DNA of 63,059 nt, counting the filler, from Pelomyxa schiedti (Eukaryota; Protista; Evosea): NCBI GenBank assembly GCA_020536535.1. It is 5 parts of 5 records of this genome, joined end to end, with 100 filler letters (N's around TTAATTAATTAA, not from the genome) between each part and the next. Parts side by side here need not be neighbours in the genome. Positions count along the whole stretch, not along the records: positions 43,172 to 53,281 come from JAHLWZ010001278.1; positions 53,382 to 61,628 come from JAHLWZ010000641.1; 3 more parts are not named here. One strand, 5' to 3'. The position numbers and the translations under genes were made by a program. The notes beneath the pieces were generated by a model. The model searched no databases, had not been told where the DNA came from, and saw only the letters and a list, made by a program, of their open reading frames with translations. Shown here piece after piece: positions 48,561 through 60,599 of the stretch (the first letter of the stretch is position 1; each line of letters begins with the position of its first letter).

Positions 48561-50310
48561 ATGTCTGCATCTCTTCGATCCGCGTGGGACGCCCCTGTAG
48601 CAACTCGGGGCTCGCCAACACCAACAACAACAACACCAACAACTACGACGACGCCGTCGGGCGGCGGGGGCATGCGAGCCACGGTGTCGCTGTGCGGGGT
48701 GAGCGCCCTGCCCCAGAACAAGGCCTCGGAGCTCCGCGACCTCCTGCAGTCCGTCTGCGAGACCCTCCTCGACGTGTTCGGCAGCTGCCGCGACGCCGCC
48801 GTCCCCGTCGCCGCCAAGGTCCGCACGCTCTCCCGGCTCGAGGAGACCGCCCCCGCGCTGGCCCAGATCGTCGCGCTGTGCGGCGAGGAGGCCGCCGTCA
48901 CCGCCTCCAACCTCGCCGACCAAGCCGGCGGCTCCTCGCCCCCAGAGTGGCGCGAGTGCGCGAGGGAGGCCCTCGACGCCCTCAGGGACCTCAGGGAGAC
49001 TGAAGAGAACGAGCTGGCCCCGGTGTTCGCGGCAATGAGGGCCGCGAGCAGCAGCAGCAGCGGAGGAGGCGGAGGCGGAGGCGGGAGCGGAGGAGGCGGC
49101 GCGGCGGCGGGGACGGCCGAGGCCACTAGGAACGCGAAGATTGCCTCGCTTGGAATGTTGAAGTGCATGGAGCGCGTGATGCAGCTCATGAGGTGCTCTG
49201 ATAAGGGGATTATACTGAGGTTCCGCGGCTTGTGCGACATCGCTGACAAGTCTTTGCAGTGCTTGATTGAGGCTGAGCGAGCTAATGACAAGGTAGCCAG
49301 CAGTTGATTTTTGCTTTTTTTTTTTTTTTTTTTGTTGTAGTTAACGACGCGATGGCTAACAACACTATTAATTCATTCGACAGCCCCTGTTTCAGAAAGC
49401 TCTGGTTTCGTTCACAGACGTTTCTGTTGTATTGCATAACTCCTTCCAACGGCGGGTCGGGGTACTGGCAGACCAGCCCTCAAAAGACAAGTAACTCACC
49501 TTCTCACCATGTTTCGGTGGATTAAACCAAAAAGCCTACAGGCTGTCAGCAGCGATTTCAAAAATGCGTGATACATCCCAAACTATACTTCAGCGTTTAC
49601 AAAACAAGAATAATTCTAATTTGGATGCCTTGATGGTGGACTACCTTTCTGCGGCTCATGTATTTTTACCCATTTTGATTACGGAAAATACCCTAACAAC
49701 GTAATGAAGGACGCATTGGAGGCTAGTACGCATAGCCCTGAATTCTATGCAAAATTCAATATTAGCTATCTCACTGATGAATTGGATGCTGCACTCCAAG
49801 TAGGCCTACTAATAATTTGAAGTTTATTACTGCCTAAAGTCATTTGTAGAAACTACAAGAAGCGGCTACATTTTCTTCACATGCGGATGTTCTTGCACGA
49901 GCCAAGGAGCTGGTAGACGTTTCCAAGTTGTTGTTTGAAGGGGATGCCGCAGTCAAGATGCACCAACCAATGATGAACGTACTCGCTGCCGCAAAGCAAT
50001 GCGTTCAAGGTATCCAAACATTCTCCGCCACCTCGGACTTACTCTCAAACAAGCAACAAATGAACTGGATAAAGTTATGGCACAGTCTCAACTTGCCTCA
50101 TGCATAGCCCAGGTTGACATCCTGAGAGCTAAAGCGGCACCACAAACAGCAACGAAAACCAAAACAGTTAATGCGGTAAGCCACTCCCCGCGTTGCTTTC
50201 CTATTCCTCTTACGCACTGACAGAGCTATGAAATGATGAACGCCGCAAAATTGCTTGTGACACAAGGAATGGCCGCATTGACTGAGCAGACCAAAGAAGG
50301 AAGTTCATGA
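48561..50310 (+). CDS. Helical-bundle protein, vinculin/alpha-catenin-like
   Basis: Amphipathic helical exons throughout. The terminal exons ASCIAQVDILRAKAA...NA/SYEMMNAAKLLVTQGMAAL resemble the vinculin tail (QLKILSTVKA...MLVHNAQNLM). Confidence 0.5.
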
Positions 50311-50334
50311 GTAAGCTAGTTACTAGTTTTTTTT

Positions 50335-52934
50335 TTAGAACAGTTCGTGTGGTGGCATACCAAGCCACAACCTGACAACTGGTGAAAACGCACCTCCAAA
50401 AGGCTTGTTGAGCTCTGCGTCCACATAATCACAGAATTCATCAATTGTGAGGCCCAAGGAGTTGATGGTGTGGATTGCAACGTGTGGTGAACGCGACACG
50501 AGTGGCATCAAGTGCTTTCATATCAGTGCACCGTCAATTGTGGGACCACAGTGGTCCACAATCATGTGCCAACCTGTGATGTCCATGCTGTCATCAGTCT
50601 CACTGGCCAACCGGGCCATGTCCACAATCTGGGAATGAGTCATGAGGGTTGTTCATTAATGCAGTGGTGGGAGGGGGCTGACATACGTCAGACAAAGGAA
50701 TGTCGAAAGTGTTGAAGAGCCACTGTACACAACGGTTCTTTCGCCTTGTTAAGAGTCCGAACAAGAGCCGGTTGTGGTTGGCCTTGATTTGAGGGTATTG
50801 CAGGTTGAACTTGCGAATGATCCACTTGACAACCTTGCTGGAGTATGGATGGAATTTCTCTGATGTCAGGCACTGCCCAATGAACTCTGGTGTCAACACT
50901 GCAGAACGAGAACCAGCACACAGGTGCTGGAAACCATTCAGGTGAAATTTCAGGAATTCAATTACAATCTCCTCGAACTGGCCTTGGTAAAGGAGCGGGT
51001 AAACTGCAGGGAATGTCTCCAACAACAGTGCAACCGAATTCACACGATAAGGAAGGGCTTGTGAAATGGTCTCGTGAATGCAACTCATGCTTATCCCCGA
51101 ATGATGTGGTGGTGAGAGATGCTGAAGGAACCACTCCAATCCCACCACCTTGTATTTGTAATCACCATTCTCCCTGGAAAGCTCAACCAAACAGTTTTCA
51201 GCAACCTCTGTGTTTGAGTTGACAGCATCCATCACGTGGAAAGTCTCGTCCAACCACTCTGCAACTTCTGTATTGCCCCATCTGAGTGCAGACACAAGTG
51301 ATTTGATGACGTCACTTTGTGAGAGTGACACCCTCGTTGACAACCACCTGGCAAGTGTGGATCCTTTTTTCCTTGATGTTGAACATGCTGAGAGAAAGGT
51401 TGCTGCTGTTGGTGTTAAATGGTGCTCTGTGACAAGCCACTGAGTGAGTTCCATGTCTCCAGTATTTTTGCAGACACAATTGAGTGCAAATCTTTCTGGA
51501 GGTTCAGGTAACGCAGTGAGCAGCCACTTGACAACTTCTGGATTGTGTACGTCTGACAGGATGGAACCATATCCAGTATTCAGTACTTTCCCGAAGGAAA
51601 TCTTGCACCCAAGGCCATTGGCAATCTTCCACCGTGCTGTGCTTGTTTGACAGGAGGTAAAATGCCAGTCTACGTCGTGAGCACTCTGGGAAGTTGGAAA
51701 GGAACCACTTCACATCGAATGGGGAGGCTCCACATGCACACGAGACACAAAGATCGGAAAGCGCCGTTTGGTGCAAATTCTTTCCAAACTCAAACCTCTC
51801 GAACAGCCACTTCACAACTTCCATGTTCCCATCATGCAGACAGCTTCGCATGGGCTCATACATCAACCAAGGTGCCTCTTTCATTCCAATACCAAGCACA
51901 TCCACGAGCCACCTGACACCCTCAACACCCCCAGCGCGACATACATTCGGCCCCAAGAATAAATTCCCACGCTCTCTCACGTGTTCAATCACCTTTTCCC
52001 TCAGCACAGCCACCCCCCCACTCCTCAAATGATCACTCCCCCTTCTGCATCCAATTGTCACATCATCAAACCCACAGTTCTCGGTTTGGCAGAGGTTTTC
52101 CCACGAGATAACGCGGCGACCATCCCACAATCGCGGAAGCGTGCACCTGGTGGTATTGCTGGTGGTGCTGCACTCTTTAGACTTGGAATGATTAACCCCA
52201 CCAATCAGAGCAGCGGCCAGTCCCACGTGGCCGCCCATCAACAGCCCTGCCACAGTCGCGCTCACTTCCTTCACAACAGCACCAATGACATCAACACAAC
52301 CAGATGCCGGCCCCCTTTCTGTGGATGTCTGCACTGCTTCTCCAGACCTGGCTGTACAGCACCCCCCAAGGGAAGCATCAACACCACCACAACCACGATC
52401 CCCCTGTGACTCAGCTCTCTCCAGAGAAGCTGCTTCTGCTTCTGCTTCTGCTTCTGCTTCTGCTTCTGCTTCCCCTTCACAACTGACGGATGGTGGCCAA
52501 CTCACATTCCCTTGCAGCACGGAAACTACGCCTTCCTCTCGGCCGCAACAGCAGCCACTCGGGAACGACAGCTCCCCGATGTCGTTGTCGATCTTCCCAC
52601 GGACGTGCCTGTTGTTGAGGATCCACGCCACACACGACGGCGCCGGCACGGACGCAGCGGTCTGGATGGCGTTGTAGCTCCCGATGCAGGCGCCCCATCG
52701 TGGGTCGAACGCGAGGGCCCTGCGGCACACGAGCCCCACGATGGGGAACATCGCCTCGGCTGCCCGGAACAGGTCCGCGTGATGGGACTTGAGGGCGTAT
52801 CTGGGTCCGTCGAGCCACCCTGGAGACACAACGTTGTCCCAAACCACTCGTGACACAGTGAGTAAATTGTCAATTGTGGCACCCTCCAGTTGTGACGACG
52901 GTGTTGCTGTGCTGGTACTTTGTGGTGTTGACAT
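50335..52934 (-). pseudogene. Degenerate ankyrin-like repeat orphan-family gene with a frameshift and an in-frame stop
   Basis: MSTPQST..LLTVSRVVWDNVV.., with repeated G.xEVV(K/R)WL motifs (GGVEGVRWLV, DGNMEVVKWLF, NPEVVKWLL, GDMELTQWL, WGNTEVAEWL). There is a frameshift near 51620 (CQW>LGCKISF) and an in-frame TGA at 50518-50520 (GALI*KHLMPLV), after which the reading frame continues to TAA at 50335-50337. Confidence 0.7.
52431..52472. repeat. (TGCTTC)7 microsatellite encoding an (EA)n run
   Basis: Seven perfect hexamers, seen directly. Confidence 0.9.
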
Positions 52935-53012
52935 TGAAGTGTGATTGATTGAATGACGGAAATGAAAAATAAAAAAAATCGTCAAGATGTTTCTCAACAA
53001 AACAAAGGATCA

Positions 53013-53281
53013 TCACCACAAGAAGGATGTTGTTTGACTGAGTGACTCAAAGCACCAACCAGGGGCCAGGAACTCAATCATAACAGCAGTGTTTCCTGAT
53101 GCCCCATCAATCACTTCCAGTTGCTTGCTGCCAGGCCTGACGAGAAAAATGAACCCACCACCTGAAGTGAAAAGGCTGTTGTCCTTGCCCAGGTTGAGGA
53201 TGCTCCTCAATGGCCTCCTTGTTGTTGCCCCTGAGGAAGGTGATAAAGTGTCACTGCAATCCCAAATTTCCAACACCTGGG
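53013..53281 (-). CDS. 3' fragment of a beta-strand-rich orphan-family gene, cut by scaffold edge
   Basis: LEIWDCSD..RPLRSI..SGGGFIFLV..LEVIDGASGNTAVMIEF parallels the 62-63 kb member (LWDFNNLDQPLRV..GGSGFLFAL..VVVMEAHS). Confidence 0.6.
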
Positions 53282-53381
53282 NNNNNNNNNNNNNNNNNNN
53301 NNNNNNNNNNNNNNNNNNNNNNNNNTTAATTAATTAANNNNNNNNNNNNNNNNNNNNNNNNNNNNNNNNNNNNNNNNNNNN
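53282..53381. other. Artificial scaffold linker
   Basis: N44-TTAATTAATTAA-N44. Confidence 0.95.
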
Positions 53382-53395
53382 GGAAGGTTGGGTGG

Positions 53396-55145
53396 CTAAT
53401 GATTATCTTTGGTGTGCTTCTTTGTAGAGGTATGCTTCCTCCTTGTTGAAGTTGGGTCAACTCGTGCTTTCTTGGTTATTGGTTCCTGGGGGGTCTCAGC
53501 AGCAATCTGGGGGGTCTCAGTAGTAATTTGGGGGGTCTCAGCAGAAATTTGTGGGGTCTCAGTTGCAATTTCGGGTGCTGGCATTTCCAATGGGGGAATT
53601 TGGTTTGTTTGAGTTTCGAGTTCACTGGGAGTCGGGCATGGACTAGTTTCTATGGTTTCAGCAGCGGCAGTCGGTTCTATCGTTGTCATTTGTGTAGTAG
53701 CAGTTGTTGTTTGAGTAGTTGTTGCTGCTTCTGGCTGTTGGGCTATTGGCTCTTGTTGGCATGTTTGTGGCCCGTGAATGTCCCGATGCCTGCTAAGGTC
53801 AAAGCACTCATCAGAACAGAAAAATATGTCCTTCTCTTCTGCGGCACATAGTTTGCATTTTGTCCTTGCATCTTTTTCACAGACACTGCACTTGNNNNNN
53901 NNNNNNNNNNNNNNNNNNNNNNNNNNNNNNNNNNNNNNNNNNNNNNNNNNNNNNNNNNNNNNNNNNNNNNNNNNNNNNNNNNNNNNNNNNNNNNGGGCTC
54001 GTGAGAGGAGTTTGATCACCCCACACACAATTCGCTTTCCATTGAATATATTCCAATAGAGCCTATGGGAGGGTTAGTGTGTAATGAATGCCTTTTTCCA
54101 TACAGGGTCAGGGCCATAAGTAGCCATAATGTGGTGTCTGGCTGGAAAAATGTAAGAAAAAGAATAAAGAAGTTCCCAGGGTTTTTTTTTACCTGCCCAT
54201 TCCTCGGCATGTTTAGACTTGAAGCCAATGTGTTTTTCTAGGTCCGATCGGGGCCTCACACGGATTGGCTTGAAGCACGCTGGAAAATCACGTAAGTAAG
54301 GCTTGGCATGCATTCTGCCTGGTTTGGCCGAGAGGTTGCTTAAATCTAACAAATGGTTTTTAGGTCATTTTGTATGATGGAATTACATAGTTCGTACCTA
54401 CTCTGAGTTCTGGAATCTCCGGCATATGGTCTGACCCCTGAGCCTCCAGTAAGTTTCGAGTAGCTGTTGCTGCTTCTGTGATCAATTGGGGTTCTTCTGT
54501 GTCACCAATACCAAGGATCTCATTCTGAGCTCCAGGTGGGTCCATTTCTGATTCACTGAATTCTTCATCCTCAGGCTGACTCGGGGGGTCGTACAACTCT
54601 GCAGAAGCCGCCGAATCACGAATTTGACTAGTATCCCCAGTGTGGGCATTACATTCTGTAGAAGTAGCCAAAGACTGTGTCGTTCTGCGGAACTTCCTAC
54701 CTCGAGACAGGGGCTTGTTCGCCATCGTGCGAGCATCGTAAGGCAGCTTAGAATCGCGCCATGCCCTTATCCAACGCTCACCACCTTTGGGCACCCCCTT
54801 GGGGCCAAAAGTCATTTGTGGTGCCGCGAGAAGGTTATCCGGCTTGCAACGGAGCTCTTGTTGGGCGAGCCAAAGGTTGCGCCTTTCGACGGCATCGACG
54901 GGCTTCGAGCGAGGCTTGTACCCTTTGGGTCGACCGCCCCCGCCGTCGGTCCCTTTTTTCTTTGTTGATGCTGTGGGCTTGCTGGTTATCCTTGTCTTCT
55001 TCGTCTTGGTCGTCTTGGGCTCGGCCTTTTTGGTGGCGCCCTTGCCAGCAGCCATTTCCTCTAGTCTACGATTTGCCTCCTCTGCTGTCAGCGGCGCTGG
55101 TCGAGTGTCCACCGACGCGGTCTCGGCACGGGGGAATCTCTTCAT
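53396..55145 (-). CDS. Hypothetical basic/acidic protein with a C-terminal MYND-like zinc finger and ETPQI repeats; interrupted by an N gap
   Basis: MKRFPRAE.. long exon (54360-55145), short downstream exons, then KCSVCEKDARTKCKLCAAEEKDIFFCSDECF...H..IH and (ETPQIxx)x4. Linkage across the gap is assumed. Confidence 0.45.
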
Positions 55146-55245
55146 TGTCGATTGAGTTTTGTTTTTTTTTTTTCTTGTCACAATGCTTGGAAATAAAAAA
55201 ACACCAATCCGCAGTTGCCGGGTTTTACTGGATCTGTAACAACAA

Positions 55246-56928
55246 TCACCACACATGCTCCCCGTCCCTGACCCAGAGCCTATAAAGTATCTTCCCTCTC
55301 CCTGTGAATGCTAGAACAATTGTTGTGACCTGAACCCCATCCTCAACAGCTTCACAAGCAGATTGTAGAAGTCCCCAGCCACCAAGAATCTCAAAGTCCC
55401 AATTCTCCTCCATGGCACTAGGTACTGGAAAATTGGGGTTGGAATCGTGATATACCCATGCCCTGCTGAATCTTTGCCGTATCCCGTCGATGATCCAGTG
55501 CCACCCCCAGCCTCTGATCACAATCTTCAAGTGTGCTGCTTGCTCAGGTTTGTGACAGGAGAAAAACTGCCAGGGTACAGTATCTTTGGCAAGAGCAATG
55601 ATCGGATAATGGTCAAAAAGAGGATCACTGATGTCACGGCAGGGCCAAAAAACCTTGAAGTTCGAATTTAATGCCTCTGCGAGGATAACGCCAGTTCTTG
55701 GTAAGCAGTCGTCCATTGCCATTGCCAGGAAATCGAACTTCCATCCCAGCTTCTCATTCAACTGAAAACTCGGGGGAAAATCACGGGAAAGATAATTCAA
55801 CTCCTGCTGTGCTGCTCGAAAAGTAACACCAAGATGTATTCTGGAAAGGTAGCACGCTCTGCGTCTTCTTGCTGATTTCGGTGGTACATCTAGCATCTTC
55901 CAGTCAAAACTCAGTTTGTTATTCATGTAGCACAACAAGTGCCCAAGTAACTGGACACGGAAAAAGTTCCACTTTGGTGTGAGCCATGAATGAGCTCTTC
56001 GGTTTTCGTTTTGTCCTTGTTCTGATCCAATCTCATCAGAGAACACTGGATAGCTCTCATCCACTGGAGGGAAAAACCGCTGATAATACTTGCCTGACTC
56101 TCTAGGCAGAAGTCCAAAATTTTGCAATGCTAAGGTTACATGCATGCTTGTTCCCCACATAACCATGCAGAAAAATACTTGGGTCCAGTGCAATAGAGAC
56201 CTGAAGGGTGATGTGTCAAGCATGCAAGCATGAAATGTGGACCATGGGCACTCATAGGGTGAGTCTCCTCTTGTGGTTACTGTGTAGTCGTCCGCTGACG
56301 GCCTACTCTCATATCTCTGTACGTTGGTCGAAAACTGACAGGCCTTAACCGCCACCCACCTCCTGAGAGCATTCCACCATTCCCTATGGCATGGCATCGA
56401 TTCGCCGTCTAAGAGTGTTGGATTGTAACGTTTCACGATGACGCCGGTATCTTCCATCTCATACACTGAGTGGGGGTATGGCCTGCTGTAGAGCAATGGC
56501 ATAATAGTCCGGTCTTCGTACATCCTCTCCAGAATATCTTCTTTGTTGAAACGAACCAAACGATCCACAACGACTTCGTCAAGAGGCAGTTCCAAGTAAG
56601 GCACCACAGGCGATCGCGTTGGGCTCGACGGAGGGGCTGGAGGAACGGTCCACTCATCCCACAATGGCCTTTCATCGAAATCCAGCATCCAACGGGTTGT
56701 ATGTTCAGGTTCAACTGGAGGGGGTTGTGGGGTTGTATGTTCAGGTTCAACTGGAGGGGGTTGTGGGTGCCGCTCACGAATTTGCTTGCAACGAGGGACG
56801 TGACGTCGTACAGGAGACTGACTCCTGGGGGTCGGTGGGGGAGTCGGAGGGACAGACCAATCGTCGAAAGTTAGCCGTGGCTTGGTGAACAACGAGGGCG
56901 AAAGAATTAAGTTTTCGGGTCTGCTCAT
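55246..56928 (-). CDS. Intronless 560-aa orphan protein
   Basis: Uninterrupted ATG-initiated ORF, Pro-rich N-terminus, Trp-rich globular C-terminal two-thirds. Confidence 0.7.
   Translation of the reverse strand: MSRPENLILSPSLFTKPRLTFDDWSVPPTPPPTPRSQSPVRRHVPRCKQIRERHPQPPPVEPEHTTPQPPPVEPEHTTRWMLDFDERPLWDEWTVPPAPPSSPTRSPVVPYLELPLDEVVVDRLVRFNKEDILERMYEDRTIMPLLYSRPYPHSVYEMEDTGVIVKRYNPTLLDGESMPCHREWWNALRRWVAVKACQFSTNVQRYESRPSADDYTVTTRGDSPYECPWSTFHACMLDTSPFRSLLHWTQVFFCMVMWGTSMHVTLALQNFGLLPRESGKYYQRFFPPVDESYPVFSDEIGSEQGQNENRRAHSWLTPKWNFFRVQLLGHLLCYMNNKLSFDWKMLDVPPKSARRRRACYLSRIHLGVTFRAAQQELNYLSRDFPPSFQLNEKLGWKFDFLAMAMDDCLPRTGVILAEALNSNFKVFWPCRDISDPLFDHYPIIALAKDTVPWQFFSCHKPEQAAHLKIVIRGWGWHWIIDGIRQRFSRAWVYHDSNPNFPVPSAMEENWDFEILGGWGLLQSACEAVEDGVQVTTIVLAFTGRGKILYRLWVRDGEHVW
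56695..56766. repeat. Perfect 36-bp tandem duplication (PQPPPVEPEHTT x2)
   Basis: ggttgtatgttcaggttcaactggagggggttgtgg occurs twice. Confidence 0.95.
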
Positions 56929-57156
56929 TTGTTTCTATATACAAGCACAGTGCATAAAGCGGTTAGGTCAGGTTCGTCACACTTGAGGTTGTTGATGTTT
57001 TGAGGTTTACCTGCTTCCGGAGTCAGTGGAGTGCCGAGTCAAGACTACTTCGAGTGGGAGCCGGTAATATGTCGTCGGACTCGGCGATGCTTCGAAATGA
57101 TTGCTCCTTCAGTCCAAACCAATTGTTTTTCCTAGATTTTTTGGGATCTCGCAGTG

Positions 57157-60004
57157 ATGGCGTCCTCATCAGCGTATCCGCCGTACATGGCGAGGACGAG
57201 TGGCCGGCCCACAGGGGACACGAGGTCCCACAGGTCAGCGGCGCCGCCTCCCCCGCTGCTGAGCTCCGCCTTCGACGCAGCCACGAAACCCAAGAAGAAA
57301 AAGAACCCCAGAGCCAACAACAACACCACCCACCCACAAAGTGGGCGAGGCGGGGGCAACGGCCGAGGCGCCCCGCGGGCCGCGGGGAGCAAGAAGGGGG
57401 AGGCGGCAGCGAGAGTAGGAGGAGGAGCAGCAGCGGGGAGGGGGAGGGGGAGAGGGAGAGGCGGAGGGGGAAGGGGAGACGAGGAGGACGCGTTGATACG
57501 AGCGGTGGTGCAGAGCGAGATGGACGCACTCAGGGGCTATTTTCCGGACCTACCACGCGATATAATTGAAGAGGCTTATCGGCATTGTGGGGGTGTGTTT
57601 TCCAAAGGGTTTTTTGGTCTGGGGCCTGTGATATATGGTTATTGTGTCGAAACAACAATTCCAAACACGGTGAACAGATATGGATTCTTGTAGCAATTTT
57701 TTGCGCGGGGACACTTTCCCAGAGGATGTTTGTTATCCACTCTTTCTTTTTTAACACTTAATTATTTTAGTGCCACCCACGACTGTCAAGCACTGATGAA
57801 AAGTGCATCGAATTTTTGGTCAGCTCTTTTCCAGATATGCCCAGGGATGTTGTGCGGGATGCTTACATCCAGAGTGGAAACACCATTATTGATTCAATGA
57901 ATTTCCTAAGCGATGTAAGTGGCCTGCCTTATCATATTTGTCTAAGGATTATTTATGACACAATTTTTATACCGTTCAAACGGAAAACTGATAGATTGAA
58001 GTTACCCTTTGAGGGATATGAAGCACCAACATTGAGAGCAGAACCAGAACCAGTTTCTCCCGCACACACACCACCTCCATTAGCCCCCACTCCACCTGTT
58101 TCCCCTTCCCATACCCCTCCTCTTACTATGTCTTGCACTGTTCCCACGTCGACCTCTTTCGTAACGCAAAGCAGTACCAATATCCCAGGATCCAGTGATG
58201 GTGGGCCAAAACCAACCGATTTGAACGACACCACAGCTCAAGAAAGCAGTGAAATACATGTCGAACTCCCTGCAAACACACTGGACCTGGACCCCAAAAC
58301 TACTGGCAACGGAAGTGACATTTACAATGATATAACATGGAAGTCATTCACAGAATGGGATGATGCAACATGGAAGTTTTACACAGATTCGAGAGGCGAG
58401 GAGTGTGGGGATTCGCCCTTCTCTCACCCCCCTAGTGCTTCACCTCCACCCGAAATATCCCAACAACAAACCCTTTTCTCAGTCACAAACTCCACTGAAG
58501 CATCATGTTCACTACAACAAACATCACTGGGAAGGAGTTCTTCCCAGTCACCCAAGAAAAAAAAACCTAGCTTTCAGGTCACCCTGGCAGATAATGTGGC
58601 TCGTCTTGCAGATGCCTTCCCGAATATACTACCGGAAGTTATTGAGTGTTTGCTGGTGGAAAATAAGAATAACCATCGCCAAGTTGGTGAAATCTTGGCC
58701 TACCAAAGCACGGAGGAGGTAAAGCTCCTTTAAGGCAAGCCTTCTTTTATATGTGTAGGAGCGAAATGCTGCAGCCACCAAGGCATTGCAAGAGTCCAGA
58801 GATTTTTGGTCCAAAGCCAAGATAAAAAAGCCAGCCAAAGTGCCGAAGGTACCACAAGAAGAAGAACCGTTCCACTGGTTTCTTTTTTACATCCTGCCAT
58901 GCAATGACGTATTGCAGTGTGAAATCTGACACCCTATCCATGGCTGAGCAATTGTGGTTGAATAAACTGCTCTCTGAATATGGCTTCTTTCTTGATCAGT
59001 CCGCTTTGGAGTCCATATTTTATGCCAGTAACAGAAATTTCGAAGGCTCTAGACAAATTATCGTGTGTATATCCCTTCAATCAACCAGCATACTCATTGA
59101 GTGCAAGAAATCTGTCTTCCCTGGACTATTTGAACCTGCTAAGCCAGCAGAGCATGCAAGTTGGTCCCCTTCTCCCATCTTTTAATAACAACAAATAGAC
59201 AGTGGTATGACAACAAAACTTCCCAAGGCCAAGCCAAATCCTCCTTCCAAGAACAATGCAAAACCATCCCCACCAAGTACTAACAAGCCTCCTGACCGTT
59301 CACCATCCATTTCACTTGAGGAGTTCCACAGATGTCAAGAATGGCATGCAAGTCAAATACATTACTACGCGAGGTACCTCTCTTACAGTACAAAGGGTTC
59401 AACTCTCACTTTCCAAAGACAAGCTGCAAGTGCATACTCCAGTGGTTCTGGCGAGCTTGCTCAAAAATTCTCCCAGTTGGTTTTTCATCCGTTTTATATC
59501 ATTGCCTTTGAGTGTTCAATGACTTTGTAGATGAATAAAGAACGGCAAGAATTAGCCCGCCTGAAAAGTGTAGCTTTGCAATCTGTAAAAAATGAAGTTG
59601 AGCGGTATGTAAGACGGGGTTATTACCTTCATTAACCAAATGCAAAAGGAATGTGAATTTAACCTACGGGCGGTCATGCACTGTTGACCTCCATGGTTGC
59701 ACTGTTCAGGTAAACAAACAAAAACAACCAAAAGCTTATTTTGGCTCAAAAGATGGCACTAGCTGTAGTATCTGGAATTCTGAAGAAAGGTATGACCTGC
59801 CGGATTCCGCGTTTCCGCCGTGTTCGTTTTTTTCACCTCAACCACATAGGTAAACATAAGAAATTGTATTTTATCACAGGAGCGGGCACCCACAGCCAAG
59901 ACAATAAGCCTCGCTTGTTCCCGGCTATCAGGCAATGGCTTGCAGCACATAGGTACACTTATTCAACAGTCGACAATGCCCTCTTCGAAGTCCTCACTCA
60001 CTAG
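57157..60004 (+). CDS. Multi-CUE + DUF1771-like + Smr endonuclease (Cue2/NONU-1/N4BP2-like)
   Basis: CUE-like units: LRGYFPDLPRDIIEEAY, LVSSFPDMPRDVVRDAY, LADAFPNILPEVIECLL, LLSEYGFFLDQSALESIF. Then RQAASAYSSGSGELA, VDLHGCTVQ/MAL and LYFITGAGTHSQDNKPRLFPAIRQWL (Smr). Confidence 0.85.
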
Positions 60005-60563
60005 AAACAACCATACATTTCCCTTCCATAAATACATATGAGGGCTCAGACAATCCCCGAGTTTCCTCAATTTTCTTCACTCTTTGACTTTTTCGATCTT
60101 GAGGCCTTGGTGTTGCACTTGTGGAGTTCCCCACTGAGTGACAAAACACAGGCAGCGTGAGCCAACCTGGACTCTAATCTCCTATTACACAATAGCACTC
60201 ACCATGACCCAAACAATAACTAGAATCCCTAGAAGGATCGGTTCTTTGTGAACAGTTTTATGGGTGATGGTCGTACGATCTATTACGAACTGAGGCCATT
60301 GTTCCACTATCAAAGCCCCTTTTTTTTATGGCACCGTGTGGGCGGCCGAGGGAGAAGCGCAGGGCCGAACACAATCGCGGCGGTGCCCGTTTTCGTTGTT
60401 TTTACTGCCGTAAGAGAAGAATAAACGAGTTTTTTCTGATTTTTTGTTATCGGTGCCGCTGACGGGACGCCCGCAGGCAGAACCCACACAACACGCGATA
60501 CTCACCACAACACACGAGATTCAACACCTAACGGCACTTTGGAAACCCACAAAGTGGCGAAAC

Positions 60564-60588
60564 TCATTGAACTCGCCGAGTTCAATGA
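60564..60588. repeat. 25-bp palindrome (12-bp arms, 1-nt spacer)
   Basis: tcattgaactcg-c-cgagttcaatga. Confidence 0.85.
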
Positions 60589-60599
60589 ATTACCCCAAA

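Noticed and set aside
53484-53575. 21-bp imperfect tandem repeats as a CRISPR-like or satellite array
   Set aside because: The units are adjacent with no spacers and encode an ETPQIxx peptide repeat. No CRISPR array or cas gene is visible anywhere in the window.
60010-60510. Possible extra minus-strand exons or a small membrane protein (EPILLGILVIVWVM)
   Set aside because: I could not link it confidently to a start or to the zinc-ribbon gene.
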